64,000 nt of DNA from assembly GCA_000708835.1 (NCBI GenBank), contig DF236955.1:1-64000 (forward strand), given 5' to 3'. The stretch's first letter is position 1, and each line of letters starts with the position of its first letter. The notes beneath the pieces were generated by a model. That model had not been told where the DNA came from, did not search any database, and saw only the letters and a program-made list of their open reading frames with translations. The translations under genes and the position numbers were made by a program. This document shows positions 49,280 to 61,800 of the stretch, piece after piece. Origin of the DNA: Klebsormidium nitens. Taxonomy: Eukaryota; Plantae; Klebsormidiophyceae.

Positions 49280-51675
49280 ATGACAGGACTCGGTGCGGAG
49301 CATCTTTTATGCCTCAGGGGAAAGCAGCTAGTCTTCTCAGCGTCCGTGTTCATTCTAGCAACCATCAGCTGCTTTATCATCGGCATTGTCTTCCTAAATG
49401 TCGAGCAGCCATCTTCCGTATATGAGTACATTAGTTCAGCAGCGTACGCACCATCAACATGGCGGCCTGCTCTGGTGCCGACAGATGCATCACCAAAGCT
49501 CATCCTCATATATTCAGATTGGTATGGACGCGACATTGTATTCCCTGGCTTTGGTTTTGAGCATTGCAGCGAGAGAAATTGTATTCTGAGCACAGATGTT
49601 GAGGCAGACTTCAACCGCAGTGATGCGGTCTGGTTTCATTCTGGGTGGAAGCTGGACATGTTACCACCTTATCCACGGCCCAGTCCGGCGCAGATCTGGA
49701 TCAACAGCGAGGTTGAGGCTCTTGGTAAGGCGTCTGCACGTGTCGCTTTTCACTCATGCTTGGCTAAGACGCTGCCAGTCAGATATTCTCCCCGTCCGCC
49801 GCCAAGGACTGATCTTAGCTCCGTCTAAGTCATGGTATTTAGGGCAAGAGAGGGGGACGACAAGATCCAGCTGTTGTCCGACTGCTTCTTCCAGATTCAC
49901 AGGCCTTCAGATTATGGTGGCACCGTATACTCTCTCGCAACAGATTGCCGTGATCTCCCGCAAGGTTCCACTATTCAGCGCTGCGTAAAAGCTGATAAGA
50001 TGCATCCCTGCATTTCTGTGGCATAATGTTTTGAAATGCTCACTGGAAGGGCTTTCTAGTGCAAGTTGTGTCGTGCCTCCACCTTAGACCCTCAAGACAC
50101 ACATTTTGTGTGGTGATTCCTCACCAAGTCGGGAAACGGTGCGATCCCTGTCCAAGCGCTTTCTAAAAATTGTTTGTGGCAGCAGGATGTGTGTAAAGGC
50201 TGGTGTTACAGCTTGCATCGCCCCTGTCAGAAAGCGTTTGTTGGGGTGCATCCAAGCTTTGACGTCTGGAACACGTAGTATGCAAAGGATGAGAAGGGGG
50301 GGAAAAAGATTGCCTCAAGCGGACAAGAAAACAGGCAATCAGCAGAATGTATCTCTTTTATGTACATCACATCAGTCAACCTCCCCAAAAATTCTCTCAG
50401 TGTGCAAGCAATGATAAGATACAGGGTTGCAAGATGGTCAAGGGTTTTACAATTTTCTGAGTGCGAACTTCAACATCGAGCATCTTGCTTCATCAAGAGC
50501 TCAATCTTAGGCTGCAAAATGTCTCTTCCTGATCTCACAGGGTATCAGAATGCTTATTGAAGGTCACTTCTCATGATTACCACTCCAGCACACTGATCTG
50601 ATCAAACCATCTTTTCTTCCTTCTTTGACTTCACCAAGGCTACTTCAGTTGATCAGTTGCAGTGCCACCAGACTGTCAGAGAGTGGCGGCGACTTATAGA
50701 GAGCCTAAGTTAAAAGTCTGACTTACACTCATCTCTGCCTTGAACTGTAACTTCTTAAGCGGAAGTTTCCAGCGCCTAGCAATGTTGGGCAACTGCGTAT
50801 GACTTCACAGCATTGGAGCCTCTTACATGGTAGAGACCGACAGCTGCTTACACTCTTTGCATTGCTGAGTCTGACATTTCTTTCGTTTGTCATGTCCAGT
50901 ACTCTCCTACTTTGCGGACCAATCAACTCCGCTAGAAATCGATGGGATCTTCAACTGGTCCATGACATATGATAGAGACTCCGATATTTGGATGCCTTAT
51001 GGAAATTCGAGGGAGTTCACGATGCATGACCTCCGATACCCTTACGTCACATGGGACCAGAAAATAGATAGAATAGTGAGAAGCAAGTCATTAGACAGGC
51101 TGGTCGTTTGGCACATATCGTCTTGTCCAAGGCCGAGCCGCAGGGAAGCTTATGTGACGGATATGATGCGGTACATACCAGTACATATAGAGGGGAAGTG
51201 TGCGCTGTTCGAGAACGCGACCAAGCCCAGCGCTGAACCCAGCAGCTACATGTTTTACCTCGCGTTTGAGAACTCTTTCTGCAAGGACTACATAACCGAA
51301 AAGTTTTGGAAGACCGCGCTCCAAAAAGGTGTCATTCCGGTGGCTCGTGGCGGGTTGTCGAGGGCCGATTATGAAGCGGTGGCTCCCCCTGGGTCGTTCA
51401 TATATGCGGACGACTTTGCTGGGCCTCGGGAATTAGCCACATACTTGCTGGAGGTTGCTCACGACAAGGTAAAGTATGCCGCTTACTTCCAGTGGTACAA
51501 GACACATACCTTGACATACGACGACCCCGATTGGTGGGGTCAATCAAAAGAGCTTGAGAGTAGTCCTTTCTGCACAATCTGCGAGAAGTTGAACAAGCCA
51601 CATAAGTCGAAGACGACCAATTTTACATCTTTTGTGCAAGGCAAGTGTCGTTTACCCCGACCTTGGACGGCCTGA
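49280..51675 (+). CDS. GT10 alpha-1,3/4-fucosyltransferase (type II Golgi membrane protein); exons 49280-49724 and 50900-51675 (406 aa)
   Basis: N-terminal TM, C..NCILSTD...RSDAVWFH, FNWSMTYDRDSDIWMPYG, FucT motif YMFYLAFENSFCKDYITEKFW...IPVARG, SFIYADDF; phase-1 intron. In-frame upstream start possible. Confidence 0.92.
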
Positions 51676-52803
51676 AAGAGTATCAAAGTAGCAGAGATTG
51701 ACTGCCAGAGACGCACCAATTTGAAACGTGCCACCAAGATGCAACACGGGTTGAGGGATCAGAACGATCTGAAGACTGTGCTGTGCGATCATGTGATACA
51801 TCCAGATGACCGTCTTTTGTCTGAGCAACAAATTCAGGAGGTTGCAGAAGAAGCCAAAACGTTTAATCTAGTTGCCGATGTCATGCCGTGTGCTGTCGTT
51901 GCCGTGAAGGCTCGGCTATAGGGCTACGCCCATGCTAGTTGCTAGATGCCGCCACTTGGCCGCCCATGCTAGTTAGACCCCACTTGGGGCTCGCCAATCC
52001 CAGAGGGATCCCCGCATAAATTGCCGCATCTTAGTGCACAACCGCCGTCACTAACGGCCGGGGCATGCGCTTAGCGCCATCCGACGCCCCCGGGATCACA
52101 GATGATATGATATGCCGTATGATCGAGTGGCATGTAATCACGTATGTTTTTCGCTTTCGCCGTTCAATCAAGGCACTTCGACTGTGCACCGACATGATAT
52201 CGCACCGACCCATGACCGCATGACACCGCGTGCAGATGTTGTCGTCTTATGTTCACAACTCCTGAATATATATATTCGGTTGTTGCGCGCACCTAATTCT
52301 CGTTTCATTGTCGCATGGCGAACGCATTGCCTCGTGCATTTGATCTTCAATGCGGACTCTTGTCCACCTCAAAGCGACAGTAAAGATCTGAGTGTTCGGC
52401 ACACTGACCTTTCAATCAAAAGTGATTATACAACACATGCAAGGCTACTGAGGAACATCCGGCCCGGCCGGCGTTAGTATATGCCCGGCGGCCAGCATAT
52501 ATCATCCAACCTAATATGCTGTCGGCGCCCGCGCGCCCTGTACAATGATATATGCAAGCCTTGCGCGCATCGTACAACATAAATTAACACGTTGCAACTT
52601 AGCGCCGGGACGTACAGTTATCAAGGGCAATTGCTCGATGGGGCCAGACGAAGAGGCACGGGTCATGCTCGAAACAACCAATACTAGATTACAGACCCTG
52701 AGGTCAGCCCTCTAAGAGATCGCACAGGCTGACAAAGAGACTCTGAAACACCGTCAAAAAGATCCAAGTATCGCACCCTCTCCTCCAACACAGGCCGCAC
52801 TTT

Positions 52804-55800
52804 TCATTGCGTCGGCTGGAGGCCTCCTTGCTCCACGTCACCTGCCTCTTCCCGATTCACCACCTCCTTCTTTCTACCTTCTCTACTTTTCTCGCCTTTC
52901 TTCTCCCTCAACTCCTCGATCCTCGCGCCCGACTTCTTGGGGGATCCCTTGTACTCCAATTGGAGAAGCAACGAGTTGGCCATGACGCCGAGTGAGCTCA
53001 CGCCCATGAGCGCCCCAGAGATGGATGGCGTCAGCATGAGGCCGGCGCTCGGGAAAAACACCCCGGCCGCGAGAGGGATCCCCACCATGTTGTACGCGAA
53101 CGCCCACCAAAGATTCTGCCGAATCTTGTTGAACGTCGCGCGGCTCAGCTCGAGGGCGTCCAGGACCTGCGGGTCAATGCAAAGCTTTACCCCCCCAGGA
53201 ACCATATACCGTTCAGTGTCCGCGTCATTGGCCGTTGCTAATCTGCCTCATTGTTCAAATCTGCGTGTTTCGGAGAACAACTCTGAAAGTATCACTGACG
53301 AATCTTCTGTGCCGCACCGCCGAGCTGCTAAACGTCTTTTCCTGCTGTACGAATCATAGGCCGAATGAATGTGCTCGAGCAAGATGAGTATCACATCTTT
53401 CCCTGTGTTAAAGGACGTGAGATTCCAGCGAGTCTGAATTTGGGCGACCACAGGAGCGCGTACCTGCGGCAAGCGGTCGCCCATGAGCACGATGGACGAG
53501 ACCTCGCTCGCGGCCCCGACGCCGCCCGCCATCGCAATGCCCACGTTCGCAGTCGCGAGCGCGGCCGCGTCGTTGACGCCATCCCCGACCATGGCGACTT
53601 TCCGCCCGTCCTTTTGCCACTGCTGCACCAGCGCGGCCTTCTGGGCGGGGCGCACCTCTCCATAAGCCTGAAGGAGAGCAGTTTAGGTTTTATACTTGAA
53701 ATAAAAAACGCGTTGTGCTTTTAGGTGACGCCGTTCTTTCCCGGTGTCGCCGTTAAATCCGTCCTCTTGCCACTGCTGCACCAGCGGGGCCTCCTGGGGG
53801 GGGTGCATTTCTACAAGGAATCTGGCTTCTATCCAAAGTTTGCACTCAATGGTCTTAAGGTCACGCCAATCCTTGCCAATCAATCTCTAATTTTCAGGCT
53901 CTATGCCTCCGCCGCAACCATGCCTTGGGCGACGGCGGCTCTCCGGCGGTATCCGTGCTAGAGCCAAGCATTCATGCCCCCAAAACAGGTCTAGTCGTTT
54001 GAAGTAGAGGGTAAGGATCGGTGAACGGCCGTCTTCTAGAATCCGTTTTGAAAGGGAAGAGACGATTAAAGCGAGGATTGGATGATTTTTACTTGCTATT
54101 ACGGGACTGGCAAGTCCCACCCTCTTGAGACATCTGAAGACGCAACCGGCGTTAATCTCTTCCAAACCGAGCGTAGTATTAGAACAGGAAAAATGACGGA
54201 CTAGCCTGTGGAAGGCCTTCTGAATCTGTCATATTCTGGCACCTTGCCGGCTCTGATCAGTCTTTAACACCTCCCTCCAAATGCAAAAGGTACGCAGTAA
54301 AGCCCCACCTGCTGCGGATCGATGCCCACTTTTGCCGCGACCGCCTCCGCCGCCGCCTGCTTATCGCCCGAGATCATTGCCGTGCGCAACCCCAGTTTCC
54401 TTAACCCTTCCACTGTTCCCGCCGCGTCCGGTCGAACCTCGTCCTCCATCGCGACAGCGCCCGCGACTCGCCCGTCAATGCTGACGTAAACCACGGTCTG
54501 ACCCTGCTTCGCAAGGTCCGGGAGGCGGCCCAAACCCGCGGGGTTTGGGGGTTTGGCGCCGGCCGACGCGGCCTCTGGCGTGCTCGCCGTTTCGTCGTCG
54601 GTAGCCGTTTGTGATCCGAGGATTTTAGAATCTGAAGGTGTTTGCTTGTCAAACGATCTGGGGTTTGAAGGGGTCCGAGGGATTATAGGGGTCTGGGAGG
54701 TGGAAGTTTCGACGTCGGATGGGGTCTGGGGTTTCACGGAGGCTGAGCCGTTCGACGCCCGGCGCTCGACCCAGTCGAGAGAACCCACGGCAATTCGCCG
54801 GCCGTCAATCGTGGCAGAAGCGCCGCTGCCGGGCTCTTGCTCGAACGTGCCGTCTTGAATGCGGGGGATGACGTGGCCGCGCGAGGAGGCGGCCTGGACG
54901 ACCGCCTTGGCCAGGGGGTGGGAGCTCGCCTGCTCGACGCCTGGAGCGGGATTTGAAGACTGGTTAGAGGACTGTGGTTAAAAGAACGTTTACTTAACCG
55001 TGGTTGGAAGCCGGTCAGACAAGTGTGGTCTCAAGACCTTACTAGGAAAGACTTAGCCATGCAGAGGAAGGAAAAATATAGGGACCGGTCAGATATATGT
55101 ACTCCAAAAACACGAACTGGCCAAGGGCATGCAACGCCAGCGATCCTTGCGTGGAAAGAGGCGGGTTAGGATATCCAATTCAAGATCAATGCAGATGCGA
55201 TGGATTTGGCAGTTGAGCAATACAAGTGACAACTGTGAATCACGTAGTCTAACGCGAGGCTTGTCTCTTTCCGCAAAGGAGTCACATTTCTGCCGTTTTA
55301 AAGCACGGCAAATTCTGTAGGACGGACGCTCGAGAAGAAAACGCAGCGGAGACGAGTGTATCTCCAGAGAATATGATGGAAAACGAGAAGAATCGAGCGA
55401 ATCAAAAGAGACCAAGCCCCGACCAACGAGCTGCTGACAGCGCGACAGGAGGTATGAGATAATTGGCATCCTTGAAGTGCCTTCGCCCATGGACCGTCGA
55501 ACAGTTCTCACGGATCGAGAAACGAGCAGAGAAGCCTCGCAACTTTCGAAGATGACCTCACCTGCCGCCAGCGCCAGCACTTCGTCTTCGCTCCACCCAC
55601 TTTCCCCTCCCCCCCCGACCACTTTCGTCACCACGGGCCGCCCCGCCGTAAGCGTCCCCGTCTTATCAAACACGACCGTGTCCAGCTCCCACACCTTCTC
55701 CAATACGTCGCCCCCCCGTATCAACAACCCCTTGCGCGCCCCGAGGGAGGTGCCAACTAAAACGGCGGTCGGGGTCGCTAAACCGAGCGCACACGGGCAC

Positions 55801-58800
55801 GCCACGACCAAAACGTTGCAAGCCATTTGGAGCGCTAGAAGAAGGGGACCGCCCGGGGGAATCAACCGGGGAAACAGCTGCGGGCCCGCGAGGCGCCAGA
55901 AGGCGAAGGTGGCTGCTGACGTGGCCATGACGCCGTAGCAGAACTTGCCGGAGACGGCGTCGGCGAGGCGCTGGACTGGGGCCTCCCTGTGAAAGATAAA
56001 GGTGCTGCGTAAGCGGGCAACGGGAGGCATTAAGGTTAGGCAACAGGCAGAGGAGTGCGCGAATCTTCACAAAAAGCGGGCTGCAAAGTTGATGGATGCC
56101 GTTTCGGAGCTTCACAATCACTGTCGTCTGATGCCCCCTCTTGTGCGGAGCAGAGAAACTAAGATGCTCTGGGATGTTTCGGGAAGAAGTTTCCGGGTTG
56201 TGGACGCGATCCTGAGCTGTTAGTGACGCTGGCTGAGACTCGGAACCATTGAACATGCGGAACAGATTATGCGTTTTGAGAATCGGCGGCCTTGAATGCG
56301 GCGGAGTTGGCGGCTTTCGAAATCCTCCGCTTGTTACATTTCTACGAGCAGCTCCGTTCTCGTTCGAGTGAGCCGACAGAAATTCTCTTTTCCTTCCCGT
56401 CGTGACAATGGTCACCTCTTGGCAACCTACCAAGTCCTGTCCATTGAACCGCCTCAAGGCCCTTCCACAAGCCCTTATCCAGACCCTCTTACCCCACAAC
56501 ATTCCAACCCCGAACCAAAGCATACCAAACCCAAAATTCCTCCTAATCCTTAAACGCTTCTCAACCCGTTGTCTCACCCGCCTCCAGAATCCCTAGAGCA
56601 CGGTCCAAAACCTAAATCTGAATCTAAACTCCTCAAACCCGGTTCTGAGCGTCTTAACCCACCTGGTTTGCGCGTCCTCCACCATGCGCACAATGTCCCC
56701 CAGCACCGTGTCCCCCCCACCCCGCCGCGCCGCAACGCGCAGCGTCCCGTTGTAGTTCATGGTCCCCGCGGTGACGTCATCCCCCGCCTGCTTGAGCACC
56801 GGCAGCGGCTCTCCCGTCAGGCTCGATTCGTCAACCGTCGTGCGGCCCGACTCGACGGTGCCATCCACCGGGATGCGGTCCTAGAAGCAGAAGACAAATC
56901 TCAAAATAATGTAAGCAGAGCATGAACTGGCGTCAATTTCTCATGCATTGAAAGCGGCTCCCCCGTCAACTCGATTCGTCCACGGTCATGCGGCCCGACT
57001 CGACCCTCCTTCACAGGGACGCACCTTGCCGCCCAGTGATGCTAAGGCGTTTACCTGACGAGGACAGCAACCCTATAAGGTTCAATTTCCATGAAGAAGC
57101 GTCCTAAACCATCCTCACGTACCTAGCATCATAATTTACCTTTGTTTCATCACTTCCAAGCCATCTCAACATCCTATCGTTAACTATGTCGCTCCCCATT
57201 GCTTCCGCTGCGTGACAGCTTCTTCCACCAACGGCTTCTTCCACCAACGGCCTGCAAGGTCGAACCGAACCAAACCACTAAAATATTCGAACAGCTCTCC
57301 CGGCGACCTCACCCCAGGATACACCAGCACGGTGTCGCCCTGCCCCAGCGCGTCCGTTGGCACCTCCACCGTCTTCTCCTTGCCGTCTTTCCCAGTCACC
57401 AGCAGGCGCGCTTTGGGCGGCAGCAGATTCAGGAGCGCGGTCATGTCGCTGGTCGCCTGCAGCTTGGCGCGCTCCTCTACCGCGCGCCCGAGGAGGACGA
57501 AGGCCAGCAGCATTACCGGCTCCTCGAAGAACGTCTGCCACTTCTGCAGGGGCAATGTGGAGAAGTCCTTGATCAGCGTTCGGAACGGCCACGGCTGATG
57601 TACCTTCGAAGTACTGGACTACGGGTTTTTCAACACAGGCTTCGGTTTCTTGGAGAGGACTCTCGAGTAAAAAGGACAGCTCTCGTATCCTTTTCTTTCT
57701 TGATTCTTTCTTCCTTTTTCCAGTCAAGTGGTCAAAGGCGGATGCTTGTCAAGGAACCACTATTTGCTGAGTCCAGGGCAGCTTAGATTCGTCAAAGAGG
57801 CCACATAATGAAGGTAGTCTTTCCAGAGCCAATCGTTTCATATCCTGGCAGCAAGACGATCTGCAACAGCGACTAGGTACCAACCTTCCAGATTAAATCT
57901 ACACCTACGAAGCAATCTCCGTGGCAACCGAGAGGATAAATAACCACTCTCCTGTCAACAGGAGATGAGGCAGACAAGTCCGCTCCTTTTGAAAGCACCG
58001 AGCACTGGCGACAGCAAAACGACCAGACAAGCCAGACACGTGATCAACCACTACCGAAATTGGGTTGGGAATAAATGGAGCACATCTGAGCAGCAATGAG
58101 CGTGCACCTGAAGCACATCTGAGCAGCAATGAGCGTGCCCCTGAGCATACCGAAATCAACAGCAACAAAAGCAAACGGCAACATCAGGCAATCGGAGGCT
58201 GGATTCAGAAAGGGAACGCTCATCAATCTCACTGCCAGCAGCAGTGAGATTGATGAGCACCGACGATCACGGACAAAACGGCAAACGCAAGATGGGCGTT
58301 ACGACGTCACACATAGCTCCACTGTACCCACAAATTCTACAAACATGTAGCTGAAGAACGGAAAATACGGACGGAAAAGAAGGAACAGAACGGATCCCCT
58401 CACCAGCTGCGGCAGCAGCGCGGCCGCCGAGCTGACGGCGAACGACGACAGCGCGCCGAGCGCCACCAGCGTGTTCATGTTGGGGGCATTCCGCTTGAGG
58501 GAGCCGATTCCGTCCACGAGCAGCTTCCGCCCGGGGCCCGCCAGCGCGATCACAGAGAGCGCCACGTGGAACTGCGTGGAGTGCAGGAAGCCCAGCCAGG
58601 GGGGGAGGTGCGCGTGCAGAAAGTGCGCGGCGTGGCCGGCGACGCAGGCGGCGGCGAGGCTCCACGCGACGGCGAGGCGTTGCCCTGACGGGAAGTTTGA
58701 GTTTGAGGTTAGCAGAGGTTGAGCTTTGTCGGTATTGTGGTTCGGGTTAATGAGGTTGAGGTTGAGGTGAAGGGAGGTTGAGGTTCAACAAGATTGAAGT

Positions 58801-61800
58801 CAAACGAGGTTGAGTTTGAATGAGGTTGAGAAAAACCGAGATCGACGTTAAACGAGGTTGAGGTTAAACGAGACTGATGTTGAACGAGACTGAGGTCAAA
58901 CGAGGTTGCAATCAAACGAGATTGAGGGGAACACGATTGAGGAGCTTGAACGAGGTTAGGGTTAAAACGAGATTGGCATTAAGCGGGTTGAGGTGGGTCA
59001 TCTGGTTACTGGCAGTAAAGCGGATGGAGGCCCCATGCCACAGCGAGGTGTTAACCTGAAGAGATTTCTTCGCTGTCAGGTCAAAGTCCAATCACATTAA
59101 GATTCAGTCGGGTCGAGATAGACCAATCCGTAGGGAAATCAGTTGTAGAGCGAACGGTTACGTATGGGTATTTCATCGATCACTGAGAGACGAGTGAGCT
59201 TTGTTTAGCGGCTTGGGGTACTTAACGTGCAGGGAGTCAACTTGGCTATTGACCCTTGGCCCACTGAAGGCATCTCAAAATGGCTCGCTTCAGTGAAAGG
59301 ATCGGAAAGAGAGCGGAAAACGGGACCTAAGAGTGCCTCCAGGATCTTGACAAGATATCCCTTAGTAGGATGGGCAGACTTGATGTTCAATGGGTCCCAT
59401 GTCAATTGTGAAGCCATCGTAGCTGGCTCTCTTCGGAGCTTAGCAATTTGCGGCCCGGTGTTCGAATTTTACAATCACGAGCCCGAGTCCGCTCAACGGT
59501 CGCACTTTTTTGTCCGCTTGGATTCAAAGATACGGAGAATTTGTTGCAGGACGATCCAAGCGGGAAAAAGCAGGAGAAGAAAATTGGCCAGGCACAGGAG
59601 ATGAAGCTTTAGGCGACGACTTACCGCTATCTTTGAGCCTTTGCAACCTCTCTTCTCGCTTTCGGTGGGCGGAGGGGCTCGAACCTCCCGTCTTGGAATC
59701 TGCAAGATGACATAGAATCAAATTGGAGATACTGTTTTGAGTCGAATCGCTCCCGCTTCCGAGGCTTTGAGGAGCATGCTAATCTCGCGAACTCCTGCAG
59801 ACGATGTGGTGGGATCCAAGATCCAGTCAAGCATCTTCAGGTTTGCGCAGACGTAGACTTTGTTCAGAAAAGTGCGCAGACGGAAACATTGTTCATAAGG
59901 GTAAGCAGTCCAAAATGCTTCAAATGCCGTGAAAAGCGGCTCGTATAACAAAGTACAGTGAAACTTGTGAATTAAAACAGCAGAGTGCGAACATGCCGTT
60001 GCAACTGTCTTCAAAGTTACGATCAGGAACCAGAATGTCAGCAGAGCACATTTGACTGTCGGGTCAGCAAACCGGATGTCAGCAACATTGATGATAGATA
60101 CGACATGAATCATTAGTGAATACAGTTCCAGCAGCCTTGCAAAATCATCAAATCCTCTCTTAGTACAATACACAATCCCCTGTTTGATGTCTTCTCTAGC
60201 TACTGTTATGCTGAATCCAAATGCAACCTTATAAACTAATCAAAAGCAGGCACACTCCAGCTACCCCTGGAACCTTCGTTTGTGCACATCTGCACCTTTC
60301 CTACTCCTCAGACTTTCTTCTCTTCCACCTAAAACCTTTGCTAGTCCGGTAACACATTGAGACTGATCTTGCAACAAAGTCTCGCAACTAGCTACTCTCT
60401 TCCGAACGACTGCAACCCCCTTCCGTCAGGCCTTCTTAACTGCACACAGAACATAACTGACATAAGCTGACGTGGTCTGTGTGAGCGTCAGGCCTGACGA
60501 AGGGGGGCCGGTAAACGACACTTTGATCACCTCCCCCGAGAGAAAACTTCCCCGAACCAACTGGGGTGCATCGAAGACTGCTAACTTTGCCAACTTTTGG
60601 TTGTCGAGGTTTGTTATCTAAAAACCGTTTGCTTCTCTTGTCAGAAAATTTTCTGTGACAGGTAGGGCGATGCAGGATTTGCCCATATGCAGCTCAGAGT
60701 CAATCAAACGCCGAAGAGCCCCCGACGCCCCAGCCTGAGAAAAAAGATTAGCGGATACGGTCCAAACGAAGCGAAAGGAGAACCACACGCGAAAACAGAC
60801 CAGTAACATGGCCAAAAGGATGTTCTTACCTCGCAGTGTTGATTTGAAGCCGGCTTTCGTAAGCTGGGCTGCTAGTTGTTCAGCTACTTTTTCCTTCTTG
60901 CCGTCGCTTTCAGCAGACGGCTCCAGTTGGATCAGAGCAGTCTCGGTGGCGAGATTGACCGTGGCGGAACTGACTTCCGGCTAAGGGAAAACAAACGTTC
61001 GGAATAAGGTGTGTAAGCAGATTGTAATGGACGAGCTGGAGGTGACAATCTTGGGCTGCTTGCATCCAGGCATAATCATTTTCGCATACACAGGTCAACA
61101 ATGATTAACGGCTAGTTTTTGAGAACATTAGCCTGATGCGAAAACTATAACAGAACGTGGATAGCCCTCGAACGTATCGTGGCGGTCGAAAAAAGTAATG
61201 ATCAACCGTTTACGATTGAAAAAGTCGCTACAAGGGGAGTGCACAAATCACTGGCTAACATGATTTGACAGGATGTTCCCAAACCAAGCAGGTTTACCCC
61301 ATATGCACAGATAGGTTGAAAGGCAAGACCGCTGGCTTTAAGGGCACAAGATGCCTATGGAGGCGCTTGATTTCAGGGGCTGAGAACTGATGGGCCCGTT
61401 ATCAGTTCTCAGCGACATGGCGCCCTTAAGAAAAAGCATTCATTCAATTTCGTCCTCTGAAAGACAACTTTTGATCGCAAAAGTCCACCGGAAAACCTGT
61501 GAAATCTCGACGAAACAGATAGCAGTTGTTGCCCATCACCAATAGCAGTCGTTGCCTTTGCGATGCTCCAAGGATTATGAGACAAGTGCCCCATTTAGAT
61601 TGTCTAAACTAAATCTAAATCGTAACGAGTGACAAGCAGTGGAGAAAGGGCCTAGGTACGTACCTGTGATTCGAGAATCCGTTTGACAGCCGATGCGCAG
61701 CCCCCGCAAGACATGCCCTGCATGCGCACCAAATTCAATCATTTCAGGGGAATGCGCGTAGCAGAATGGCATATTTGGCCGGATTGAAAAACTGGACGAT

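Noticed and set aside
51920-52620. Possible MITE/Helitron between FucT and PAA1 3' ends
   Set aside because: Short repeats (cgcccatgctagtt x2) exist, but candidate TIR motifs are not in mirrored order and no TSD was found
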